This document shows, one piece after another, positions 1-9,900 of a DNA stretch of 20,000 bases (position 1 is the stretch's first letter; each line of letters begins with the position of its first letter). The stretch comes from an uncultured virus (IMG/VR IMGVR_UViG_3300033066_001573). Its lineage: Duplodnaviria > Heunggongvirae > Uroviricota > Caudoviricetes. The stretch is from the IMG/VR virus record IMGVR_UViG_3300033066_001573. One strand, given 5' to 3'. Position numbers and translations under genes: made by a program. The notes beneath the pieces were generated by a model. That model made no database searches. It was not told the origin of the DNA and saw nothing but the letters and a program-made list of their open reading frames with translations.

Positions 1-1286
1 AAATCATCATGAGAAATGATATAGTTTATGCCATCAATCTTTTTGCTACCTAAAATAGTATCAATTAATTTATGCATTAAGAGTTCTTTATTACTTTGAG
101 TTCCAACTCCTCTTAAGCTTCCATTTGTATAATCATTAACGCTATAATGAACACCATGAATATTAGAGTCTTGACGAACTTCAATTGAGTACTTACCACC
201 TTTTGTATCTGCCTTAAAAACTAAAGTTCCATCAGTATCTTTTGAATGGATTTGTCCACCATCTTTATACCAATCTTTGTCTTCTTCATCCCAATGAAGT
301 TTTCTTCCTTCTTTTAATTTATTGGTAATAAATTGAGATTCTTCCTGAGTTAATTCAGAGCCATCAACATTATAAATGTGAAGTGAATAATATTTTTCGA
401 TACCTTTTTCAAAATAATCACGGTCATTATCAGGAGATACACTTGACCACCAACATCCTGCCATTACAGAACTAATACCATTTTCATTTTTAGTTGAAGA
501 TGGCTCATGAATACCATATCTATTTACAGCTTCTTGAAGAATGTCTTGTAATTCATCAATAGTTTTTTCAACTTCAAATCCTTGTGAATCGAAGTCTCCC
601 TCTTCTGCGCTCTCAGGAGTTATTGTTTGATAAGTAACAGAGTATTGATATTTTTTATCACCTTCAAGAGTTCCACCTAAATCAAAACGAACTTTTTTTC
701 TTGTCAATTTTAAATCAATTAACTGACCTGCAATAAATCCACCTAAAGCACCGAATAAGAATCCACCAAGAGATTTTTTAACTACCTTTTTTTTTGAAGC
801 AGTCTTAGTTTTTTTTAATTCTTCTTTGAATTTAGCAATCATTTTTTCGATTGTCTTAACTCGTATTTTAAGCTCAGTCTTCTTTAAAGGCTGCTTAAGA
901 ATCATTTTATTAACTACACTTAATCTAGTTTCAAGGTCTTTAATCTTTGTTTCTAATTCAGATGTATCAACAGGTTTTTCTTCAGCTAAAACAATAGGCT
1001 CAGACTTAACTACAGGCTCAACTTTAGCAACAGGTGCTATTGAAACAACCTTAGCATCTTCTTTTATTCCAAAGGCAGCAGGATATAAATCAGCGAATGT
1101 TTCAATCCATTTTTTGAAGGTAGATTGTTCGAATTGTAAATCAAGTGTATCATCAGATACTCCTGATAAATCACCTTTCATCTTATCTCTAACTTCTTTT
1201 GGTAATTTTGAATAATCCAATTGTTTAAATACAATTGAAGGTTTCATTGATTGAAAATTCTTTATGATGGTTTTCTTATCTGACAT
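1..1286 (-). CDS. Modular GG-linker protein, 3' end runs off the window (at least 428 aa; not in the ORF track)
   Basis: My manual translation from ATG at 1286 (MSDKKTIIKNFQSMKP...) stays open to position 1. It contains a coiled-coil-like/basic N-terminal part, a Gly-rich hydrophobic stretch SLGGFLFGALGGFIAGQL (~720-770), and linkers FDLGG-TL (672-686) and YKDGG-QI (255-269). It starts 20 nt after the helicase stop. Confidence 0.85.
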   Translation of the reverse strand, partial: MSDKKTIIKNFQSMKPSIVFKQLDYSKLPKEVRDKMKGDLSGVSDDTLDLQFEQSTFKKWIETFADLYPAAFGIKEDAKVVSIAPVAKVEPVVKSEPIVLAEEKPVDTSELETKIKDLETRLSVVNKMILKQPLKKTELKIRVKTIEKMIAKFKEELKKTKTASKKKVVKKSLGGFLFGALGGFIAGQLIDLKLTRKKVRFDLGGTLEGDKKYQYSVTYQTITPESAEEGDFDSQGFEVEKTIDELQDILQEAVNRYGIHEPSSTKNENGISSVMAGCWWSSVSPDNDRDYFEKGIEKYYSLHIYNVDGSELTQEESQFITNKLKEGRKLHWDEEDKDWYKDGGQIHSKDTDGTLVFKADTKGGKYSIEVRQDSNIHGVHYSVNDYTNGSLRGVGTQSNKELLMHKLIDTILGSKKIDGINYIISHDD

Positions 1287-1306
1287 GGCAGTAAATTTAC
1301 AATAAA

Positions 1307-4300
1307 TTAATTAAAATATTTGTTAGTTGGATACACTTCTAAAACAGGTTTTTCGATTGATGGAATAGAGCCTTCATAAGCTAAAACAAAAACAATGTCA
1401 CCATCTTTATATTTAACGAATAAACCACCAATACTATCTGAATAAGGTTCATTCGTTAGCTCATCAACTTCACTGAATTTTGGGTCAAAGTGAGTAAGTA
1501 TTTCTTTTACCTCAGTGCTATCAGAAATAAATTGAAGTGAATCATCTTCTTGAGCATCACCAATAGTTTTAATTCCAAATCCAAACTCTCCGCCAAATTC
1601 CATTTTACTCATTTCTTTTTCCTTGTATTTTTTAGCAAAGTTAAGAGTATCAACAAGTATTCTCATAGCTTTATTATTCTCTTTTTCTTTTCTAAGTTCA
1701 TACAATTCTTTTTCCATTTCCTGCATTTTCTTTAGGTCAGCAGCGGCAGCTAATTCAAATGGTTTATTTTGTTCTTTTTCGTATTCCTCAAGATTAGCAT
1801 TATACTTTCTAATCATTTCCTCAACAGCATCTTCTTCTCTTGCTCTATCTTGAACATCATATCGGTGAGCAATAGTTTTGAATTCTTCAAAATACATATT
1901 CATTGGGAATCCTAATGAGTAAAGTATTTCAATTATCTTTTCTGCATTTTCTTTTCCAACAATATCAGCCTCATAATAATCTCCCCACTTAGTCCAACGA
2001 GAATCTAAGTATTGATTAAGTTCATTGTTTTTATCAATATGATAGCTCTTCTTTTTTGTAGCTTCTCTTCTTAGTAAAAGCTTGTTAGCTCTAGGAGTAA
2101 TTTTTATAATATCATCATCACCAAAAACTAAAACTTTACTTGTTCCAAGTGCATTACCTACAATATCTTTAGCTGCCTCTACAGGTATTTTAACGTATAA
2201 AGCATAAGGATTAAATCCTTCTTCAAGTAAAATACCTTTCTTTACTTTTTTATCGATTGTAGAGTAGCTAATCAATTTGTTTTGACCACTGCTTAACTCA
2301 GGAATACCATAAGCTTTAAGAATGTTTCCTGTTACAATGTAACGCTTAACACGCTCTGATATTGAATCCTTAATTTTATCATCCCAATCATTGAATAAGT
2401 TTTTACCTAAAACTTCTCTCTGTCTGTTATCATAAACATCATTAGTAGAATCCATTATTTTCTTTATGTCTTGCATACTAGCGAAGCTTAATTCAACTTG
2501 ACGTAAAGAAGAAGGGAAGGCTATTTTTAAAGAGAATCCGTATGAACTCAACCATTTACCTGAATCCATTTTAACTCCAATAACAATTCCGTCAAAGTTT
2601 TGCTTTTGAACTTTATAAGAAATAATTGTTTTAGGTTTAAAGAAAGAAACTACTTCTTTAAACTCTTTAGCTCTTTTGTAAACACTTTCTAATTGAGATA
2701 TTTTCTCATCCCACAATTCAATTATATGAGCTGTTTCATCTCTTAAAGCTTCTGCTCTTTTCGATTCATTTTTAATTTTAGTAAATCTCTTATCCTTACT
2801 TAATCCATCTACCTCTCTTTGTTTAGCTTTAATATACTGAGGATAAAAATGATTGTATTCTTCTTTTGCTCTATTGTCAATAGCATCATGAAGCATATCA
2901 ACGTATTCCTCAATAGATACATCAACTATATTTTGTTTAATATCCTTAGTAGATAAAATACCTGCAAAAAGATTTCTTAGATAATTTTTATTAAAAGGTT
3001 TTCTAATATTGTTTATCTCACAAAGTTCAAGGAATGTAGCTCCACCAAATAATGATTTTTTCTTAGGATTACCAACTGATACAGCATCTTTTTCAATAGT
3101 TTTAGCTTGTAAATCTAAACTATCAACTTCTAAGTTCCATCTACCTTCTTGAATTAATTTAGATTGATATGCCTTGTACATATCAGTAACTTCATTGTAG
3201 AATTTCTCTTGGTCTTCAGTACTAAGTATAGCAACTCTTCCTGTAGCCCTGTGAGCCAATTCTTGAATAGAGCCACTAGGAATATTTTCTGTTTCTCCAT
3301 TTTCATTAATAATAGTTTCATAAGAAACAGGGTTTCCTATCATATTATTAACTTCAGGATTATTAGCTAAATATTTCGCTACAACTTCATCACCATATTC
3401 ATTCAAGAAATCAACAACATCAAGTATTTCATTTGATTGTTTTTGATTTGAAGAAGTATTAGCATCTAATGAACGAAGCTTTTTTCTAAGCATCATCATT
3501 AAACGTTTTTGAGAAGGGATAGCTGAAATAATATAATCGTAAATAGGGTTGAATATCATACCTGTACGGAATATTCTACCACGCTTTTGAACTTCTTTAT
3601 TTACATCACGCTCAGCTTCAAGTATAATCATACAACGTTGCTTAACCTCTTCTGTATTTTCTAATGAAGTAGGCACAACAGGTATTCCGTTTTCGTAATT
3701 AACTTGATTAACTTTTGTTGTTTTTATAGAGTGTGCAGAAGAACCTGTAGCACCTGCTTGATTGATAATCAAACAATCGATTACGTTATTATTGAAGTTA
3801 TTAAAAACATCAGTAGCATTTGGAATATTTCTATTCTTAACATAACCACTTTCTTCTGTTTTATCAAATTCAACAATACGAGTTCTTCCTGTTACTTCTT
3901 CAACAGTAAATCCTGCTTCAGCAATTCTTTTTCTAATTAAATCAATAGGACTAATAGTTATTCCTGTAAGTAAACTATCGATACTCTCAACTATTGTCTC
4001 GTAATTTAATTGTGCTTTACCACCAAGTTCTTCAATATCTAAACGATTTTTTTCAGGTACACCTTCTTTAGATATAGTTGTATAAGATAAAGCGTTAGCA
4101 AGTCTTCTTTTTAATATTACAGAAAAATCAACATCAATTTTAGAGCCTGTACTTTCTTCGATAGCATAATCTAATGCACTTTCCATAGTAGAAGCGAGAG
4201 CAATGATTGGTTTTTTACCTTGCTTCATTCTATACACAGCCCATGTAGCAACTGCCTCTGCATTTATAGAGAAGAATAATTGATTAACAATATTGAATAT

Positions 4301-5902
4301 GCCTTGATAAGCGTTGTTATTATATAAATCTGCTTGACAAACTGCACGAGCAGCATCTTTTTCATCACGACTACCGAAAAGTATCTGATTAGCTAATTCT
4401 ACTCCACATTCTGATTCAATCCAACCTTGTCTTTTTGCATGTACAATAGGATTAACATCTTTTTGAACGAACTTAATAATATCACGAATAACAGATAAGA
4501 ATCTATCCGCAATAGCATAATGAGCATTCTTTAAGTTAAAATCAGGTTCTTTTACTTCAGCAGATTCATCGAGTGTCATATAATTAATCTCGATTCCTTC
4601 GTAGCTTCTTTCTCTACGAATCATCTGTCCTTCTGCAACTAACTGAGAAGAAATTATTTCTTGCATCGCAACTCCACCTTTTGTTAAAGCAGATATTAAT
4701 TCTTCTGAGGTTAAATCAGCATCAGCGATATTAGATTTAATTGAATAAATAGGCATATTATCAGGTCTTTTAGCATAAGTAGCAGACGCAAATAAATTAC
4801 CCTTAGTACCTTCAACAATATTTTGTAAAATTGAACCTCTACGTGAAGCTCCTGAGCTATTATGTGACTCATCCATACAAACGATATTATCCTTTGCAAC
4901 TTCCATCATAAACTCAACTTTTTTAGAAGCTCTCATTGAACTAAATTGAGAATAAGTAGCAAGAACACAATCGTATTCTTCAACTAATGTTTTTGAAGAA
5001 AGAACTTCATTTAATTTTACAGAAGGTAATCCTTTGTATAGGATATTACCATCTTCATCTTTAATTTCTGTTTTACTACTTGCACCATTTATAATGAATG
5101 GAACAAATCTCTTTTCACCTTGAATGTCTTCTTCATAAGATTTATTTGTAGTGTACTTATAAACCTTCATTACTTGGTCAGGGAAGTTCTCAGCACGATA
5201 AGCATCAATAGCTTGTTCTGTAAGTTCTTTATTTCCTTTTTTGAAAAGTAAATCACCATCAAATCCTTCTAAATCAAAGTCATCATTGTCAATATCTTCC
5301 TTCATAGCTGAAATAACTAATTCACGAGATACTTCAACTGTTTTTTCAACCTCACCACTTCTGAATTTTATTGGGATACCTGCATCTAAACCGATAGCAA
5401 TCATATCACGATAAATATCAGAATACAAGTTTGGTCTTTCTGTAATGAATATTGGCTTTTTACCCTGAACCTTTGCGTATCTCATTACTCCTGCAAGGCA
5501 TCGACCTTTGCCTGCCCCTGCCATATCGCCTAAAATCAAGGCTTTACCATCTTGAATTTGTACAATTGCAGCAGCAATAGCATCAATTTGTTCAGCACTA
5601 AAAGCTCGGCACAATTCAATCATATCATTGTATCCAAGTTGCTCCATAACAAACAAATCGATACCACGAACCTTTCTGTCAATATCCTTTAAGTTTTTGT
5701 TCATATCAAACAACATGCGAATAGGAGCTGACATATTTAGTGTATCACACACTTCAGAAGTAGGAATGTATGCATCAATAGTAGCATCAGCATTTTGAAT
5801 ATTCTTTTCCTCTACAGGATTAGAATCATCAATTTGTTTTTGTTCGGTACTAATAACGTTTGTAATTTCGTCTTTATTTGAAAGCGGATTATCTTGCATC
5901 AT
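1307..5902 (-). CDS. Strawberry-notch (SNO)-family SF2 helicase/ATPase, 1531 aa, with a short C-terminal module after an MEFGG linker
   Basis: Walker A-like GDMAGAGKGR (5501-5530), Walker B DESH (4862-4873), motif III FASATYA, EVTGR, INQAGATGSSAH, motif VI QKRGRIFRTG (~3561-3590). This order is typical of SNO/AAA_34 + Helicase_C_4 proteins. No methyltransferase motifs seen. Confidence 0.85.
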   Translation of the reverse strand: MMQDNPLSNKDEITNVISTEQKQIDDSNPVEEKNIQNADATIDAYIPTSEVCDTLNMSAPIRMLFDMNKNLKDIDRKVRGIDLFVMEQLGYNDMIELCRAFSAEQIDAIAAAIVQIQDGKALILGDMAGAGKGRCLAGVMRYAKVQGKKPIFITERPNLYSDIYRDMIAIGLDAGIPIKFRSGEVEKTVEVSRELVISAMKEDIDNDDFDLEGFDGDLLFKKGNKELTEQAIDAYRAENFPDQVMKVYKYTTNKSYEEDIQGEKRFVPFIINGASSKTEIKDEDGNILYKGLPSVKLNEVLSSKTLVEEYDCVLATYSQFSSMRASKKVEFMMEVAKDNIVCMDESHNSSGASRRGSILQNIVEGTKGNLFASATYAKRPDNMPIYSIKSNIADADLTSEELISALTKGGVAMQEIISSQLVAEGQMIRRERSYEGIEINYMTLDESAEVKEPDFNLKNAHYAIADRFLSVIRDIIKFVQKDVNPIVHAKRQGWIESECGVELANQILFGSRDEKDAARAVCQADLYNNNAYQGIFNIVNQLFFSINAEAVATWAVYRMKQGKKPIIALASTMESALDYAIEESTGSKIDVDFSVILKRRLANALSYTTISKEGVPEKNRLDIEELGGKAQLNYETIVESIDSLLTGITISPIDLIRKRIAEAGFTVEEVTGRTRIVEFDKTEESGYVKNRNIPNATDVFNNFNNNVIDCLIINQAGATGSSAHSIKTTKVNQVNYENGIPVVPTSLENTEEVKQRCMIILEAERDVNKEVQKRGRIFRTGMIFNPIYDYIISAIPSQKRLMMMLRKKLRSLDANTSSNQKQSNEILDVVDFLNEYGDEVVAKYLANNPEVNNMIGNPVSYETIINENGETENIPSGSIQELAHRATGRVAILSTEDQEKFYNEVTDMYKAYQSKLIQEGRWNLEVDSLDLQAKTIEKDAVSVGNPKKKSLFGGATFLELCEINNIRKPFNKNYLRNLFAGILSTKDIKQNIVDVSIEEYVDMLHDAIDNRAKEEYNHFYPQYIKAKQREVDGLSKDKRFTKIKNESKRAEALRDETAHIIELWDEKISQLESVYKRAKEFKEVVSFFKPKTIISYKVQKQNFDGIVIGVKMDSGKWLSSYGFSLKIAFPSSLRQVELSFASMQDIKKIMDSTNDVYDNRQREVLGKNLFNDWDDKIKDSISERVKRYIVTGNILKAYGIPELSSGQNKLISYSTIDKKVKKGILLEEGFNPYALYVKIPVEAAKDIVGNALGTSKVLVFGDDDIIKITPRANKLLLRREATKKKSYHIDKNNELNQYLDSRWTKWGDYYEADIVGKENAEKIIEILYSLGFPMNMYFEEFKTIAHRYDVQDRAREEDAVEEMIRKYNANLEEYEKEQNKPFELAAAADLKKMQEMEKELYELRKEKENNKAMRILVDTLNFAKKYKEKEMSKMEFGGEFGFGIKTIGDAQEDDSLQFISDSTEVKEILTHFDPKFSEVDELTNEPYSDSIGGLFVKYKDGDIVFVLAYEGSIPSIEKPVLEVYPTNKYFN

Positions 5903-5934
5903 GTGAATATTTTTTAAGCTTAATTAAGCATTAG

Positions 5935-5942
5935 CAAAAATA
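5935..5942 (-). promoter_or_regulatory. Possible Bacteroidota-type sigma70 -7 element (TAnnTTTG) upstream of the helicase
   Basis: The minus strand reads TATTTTTG about 32 nt upstream of the ATG at 5902, in the only sizeable intergenic gap (5903-5970). No convincing -33 TTG box was seen at the expected spacing. Confidence 0.4.
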
Positions 5943-5970
5943 AGAATAATTTTTATCTTTTTGATACTCA

Positions 5971-6894
5971 TTATTCTATATGCTCAACAATATCGTTAAC
6001 ACATTCTTTACCTTTTTCTGTTAACGAAAAAGCGTTACCTACAATTTCGTAATCCCTGAATAAATATCCTTTACTAACTAAATCAGAAACATATTCTAAA
6101 TCTTTAGAAGAACTAATAAAGAAGCCATCTAGGTCATCATTAAAGTTCCTGTATAGTATTTCACCTTGATAACCACCAATATCATTGTAGTCTCTTGAAA
6201 TAACCTCAGATATATCTTGTGTAACATCATAAGTTGTTGCAGATAAATTACCGCCTTGTTCTTTTAGTGGAATCTGAGATACACCAATGTCAGAAATAAC
6301 CTCAAAAAGACTATCATCTTCTTTTAGAACGATTAAATAAATACCTCTAGGCTCATAAATAACAATGCTATCGAAACCTGCCTTAAGAAGCTTTGTGTTT
6401 AATTCATTCTTATCCTTTACTTCTCCTTTTCCAATTAGCTTATTTAAAAGCTCTGTGTATTCGAAAGAAGGGGTTAATCTGTCATGGTTTATAAAAACGT
6501 ATGGTTGCTTTATTCTTGGCTTAATAGTAACAAAGCGAGCATTCTCAAACTTATCCCTGTAGAAATCAAAATCATCAAGGAAGTAAATTCCAAACCCATA
6601 CTTGTTAGCTGAATCATAAGAAATTTGAAATGGCTCACTGATTGAAGGATAATACCTGTAGAACTCCATTGAGTTTATTTTATCAACAGTTGGATAGTTA
6701 AGTGCCTTAGCCTCTCCACCATCTTTAAATATTTCCTTATCATCAGCATAACCAATAATTCTTTCTTTTGAAACTAATGATTCACCGATACCATTATGCA
6801 TAACGTAGAAATCCCCACGTACATCTAAAATATCTCCTTTAGTTATTTTTCCATTTTCTGAGAATAGAACTGAGTCTGTTAATTCGTATTTCAT
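5971..6894 (-). CDS. 307-aa three-module protein: small N-terminal domain / divergent ART-like domain / winged-helix-like C-terminus
   Basis: Linkers FKDGG (6715-6729) and KEQGG (6250-6264) flank a segment with YGFGIYF...IKQPYV...LLKAGFDSIVI, which resembles the ART modules of the 2903-aa protein but lacks YHGT. The C-terminus LVSKGYL...FSLTEKG is wHTH-like. Confidence 0.7.
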   Translation of the reverse strand: MKYELTDSVLFSENGKITKGDILDVRGDFYVMHNGIGESLVSKERIIGYADDKEIFKDGGEAKALNYPTVDKINSMEFYRYYPSISEPFQISYDSANKYGFGIYFLDDFDFYRDKFENARFVTIKPRIKQPYVFINHDRLTPSFEYTELLNKLIGKGEVKDKNELNTKLLKAGFDSIVIYEPRGIYLIVLKEDDSLFEVISDIGVSQIPLKEQGGNLSATTYDVTQDISEVISRDYNDIGGYQGEILYRNFNDDLDGFFISSSKDLEYVSDLVSKGYLFRDYEIVGNAFSLTEKGKECVNDIVEHIE

Positions 6895-6905
6895 TTCTTT
6901 TTTTT

Positions 6906-9900
6906 TTATGCGTTTAAATCTTTCAAAACATATTCAATATCCTTAAAGAAAACCTCCATTGTGTCTTGGTCTTCATCATAGAAATTAGTTCCTATTGCTG
7001 AAACAGAATCATAATCATACAATTCAATCTCGAAAGTTCTATCGTTTTCATCACCGTCTCCAATAACCAAAACTTCTACTTTGTAACTTCCATCTTTTTC
7101 TATATAACCTAATTTTTTAAGATATTTAGCGAATTCATATCCTGTATATGGCTTTATAACTAATTTATTTCTTCTTTTTTTAGTTAAGATACCACCATCT
7201 TTCATCTCAGAATTATCTTCAATAAATAAGTTCTTTTTCAATTGCTTAATCGCTTGCTCTTTTAATTCTTTTTTCAAGTATCCATTTTCATCATATTTAT
7301 CTCCATCCCAATCTCCGAACAAATCAAATTCAGTAACAGCAGCAAATCCTTTAATGTTTCCATGTCTGTATATTCTTATAAAACTAGGATTAGCGTCATC
7401 ATAATTTAACGCATTTTGATACGCATCAGCAACATATTTTTGGTATATTATTTTATTAGAATAGAATTTATTTGAATACTTATCATGATATTCTTTACTT
7501 ACATAGAAAACAGCTTCGTAATCATTAATATCTTGTTTTGATTTTTTAAGAAACTCATAGAACTTCTTATGACCTGATTCATTAATATTTTTAAGGTACT
7601 CAATAATTATTTTTTGAGCATCTTTATCAGCAGCGGAATTAGTATTATTGTGAACTACTATTTTAGGTTTTTCTGATACTTCTCCGCCATCATTGTAGTG
7701 AGTTGATGACTTCCAATGTTCATAGTTATTGAAATAATATGGAGGTATGTTTTTTCTTTCTTCTTCTGTAAGACTTAACCTGTAATAAACATCCCATGCT
7801 TCTTTTTCTGCGGGTTGATTAATATAGGTATAATATGAAAATATAGAGATATTATCTTCTACAAAATCATAAATAGCTAACCTTCGTTCACTATTTTTAG
7901 TATTTCCTGCTCGAATGACGGAAGACCTTCCTCTTTCAACATAGTATCTAATTGCATCTTTAATTTCATTGTAGCTTGCTGCTTTTCCAAAGTCATGTCG
8001 TCCCTGAATGTAGTGCTGTGTTTCGTGTGTAATGACTGCGTTAAGCTTTCTACGTATGCTCTCGATTCCCTCATCACTTGTTCCCGATTTCCTAATTTTT
8101 TCATAATTTTTTATGTTTAATGTAATAAAAATATAAAATTTTTCATCCTTATAACCTGATAAAGCAGATATTAATTGTTCTTGATTTGGCTCATTATCTA
8201 AAACAAAGATAATATCTTTTGAATTAGGATAAAGATAATATAAATTTTCATGATTAAAAATATCAGATAACTTATATTTATAAATAAAATTATCGTAGTT
8301 TTCAACAAGTTTATCTAAGGAAATACCTATATCCGAGTTACTATCATCAATTTCAAACTTAAATTTTTTATCTGATTCATCATAAATCCACCCCGTATCT
8401 TCCCAAACTTTTTTAGGAGAAATACCATCTTTTATTAATAATTTAGCTTTATTTAAAAGGTTATAATTTGGAGCTTTTTCAAGTTCTCCGCCATATAAAT
8501 ACTTCTTTATTAGTTTTGTTTCTTCTGATTTGATGTACTCTGAACCTTTAGCATTTGAACCTGCGCTCTTGCTTCTTCCAATGTAATTGGCGGTTGTTTT
8601 GATAACATCTTCATTCCTAACTTTGCTCTTTCCTGAAATGATATTGTTGATTTCATCTTTTTTTTTATCTAAATTGTCAAAATATCCTCCATCATTCATG
8701 GAATCCTTACCTACCTTATTGGTTAAGAACTCCTTCTTATTTAAGTCATAGTAAAGCATACCATGAGGCATTTCAGATTCATTACTCTTAATAGAAACTC
8801 TAATTCCTGATTCTTCAAGTCTTATTAATGAAGAAACATTTTCTGAAATATAAAGTCCATTTTTAGAAACTCCGAACTGAACTGTATCAATTCCCATTTT
8901 AATTATAGCGGCTAATGCTTCTATAAAATCACCTAAACAAATAGTGAATAAATTAGCACCTTGTTTAATGTAAAGAATAGAATAGCTAGATACTTTTAAT
9001 TTCAAACCATCAACTTCTTTTTTAACGTAATCTTTATAAGCTTTACTCGAATAAACAACGCTCATATCCTTGAACATAGTTTGTATTTGGTCATGTGTTA
9101 AAACGGAAATGCCTTTATTGAATTCACCTTTTTCGTTGCCATATGTTGCCATATATTCTTGGAAAAACTGAATAGCTTTTTTATCTTTTAGCATATTAAG
9201 TCTTTTAGCTCCGTATGCAGGTAAAATATTTTTAGCTGAATTACTAAGACCATAAATACCTTCTTCAATATTATTTTTAGGAAGATAACCTTTTTTACCT
9301 TTAAGGAAAATGTCAAGTGTGAACTTACTTGCGAATACTCCGTCTTTACCAAAATAAACTCCTAATGTAGAAGTAAGAACCTTAGTTTTATTAACGAATG
9401 CATCAACTATCTCAGCTAAATTTTTATCTTTAGGATTTAGGTCGTATTCTAATTCGTTAGGCACTTCGAATGGAGAGTATGGTAATAAGTTAAAAATATT
9501 ATTTAGCTTCTTATTTTCGCTTCCAAAAATCATTTCAGAATCAATAACATTTTCAATGAATTTATTTACAACATCTTCTTCATAGTGAGCGTTATTGTAA
9601 ATACCATACATTAACATTTTATTTCTTTGGTTTTCCGTAAGGTATTCATTTTGTAAATCTAACCATACAGGAGTATAGAATATGTATTCAGAAACTACAT
9701 CATTAAATAATGAAACAAAGTGATTAAGTATTTGATTTTTTAGAAAAGATTCTACTTCATCAGGAACTCCATCTCCTATTTGTTTATGAGCATATTTTAT
9801 TTTATCAATAATTGGTCTAGCTTTTAACTCAACTATTTCTTCAACAGATAATCCTTCTAACTCTCTTTGTTTTTGAGAAAAAGCTTCCATGTATTCGTCA

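Noticed and set aside
826..1215. 129-aa plus-strand ORF
   Set aside because: Antisense shadow of the minus-strand gene 1-1286, which continues the operon and carries the shared linker motif.
1291..1300. 10-bp palindrome GTAAATTTAC just upstream of the ATG at 1286
   Set aside because: Single short AT-rich palindrome, with no second copy noticed, so it cannot be supported as an operator or promoter.
1550..4899. Short ORFs 1550-1735, 1623-1853, 3164-3370, 3704-3940 (+) and 4711-4899 (-)
   Set aside because: All lie within the helicase gene, mostly have non-ATG starts and have antisense/off-frame-like composition.
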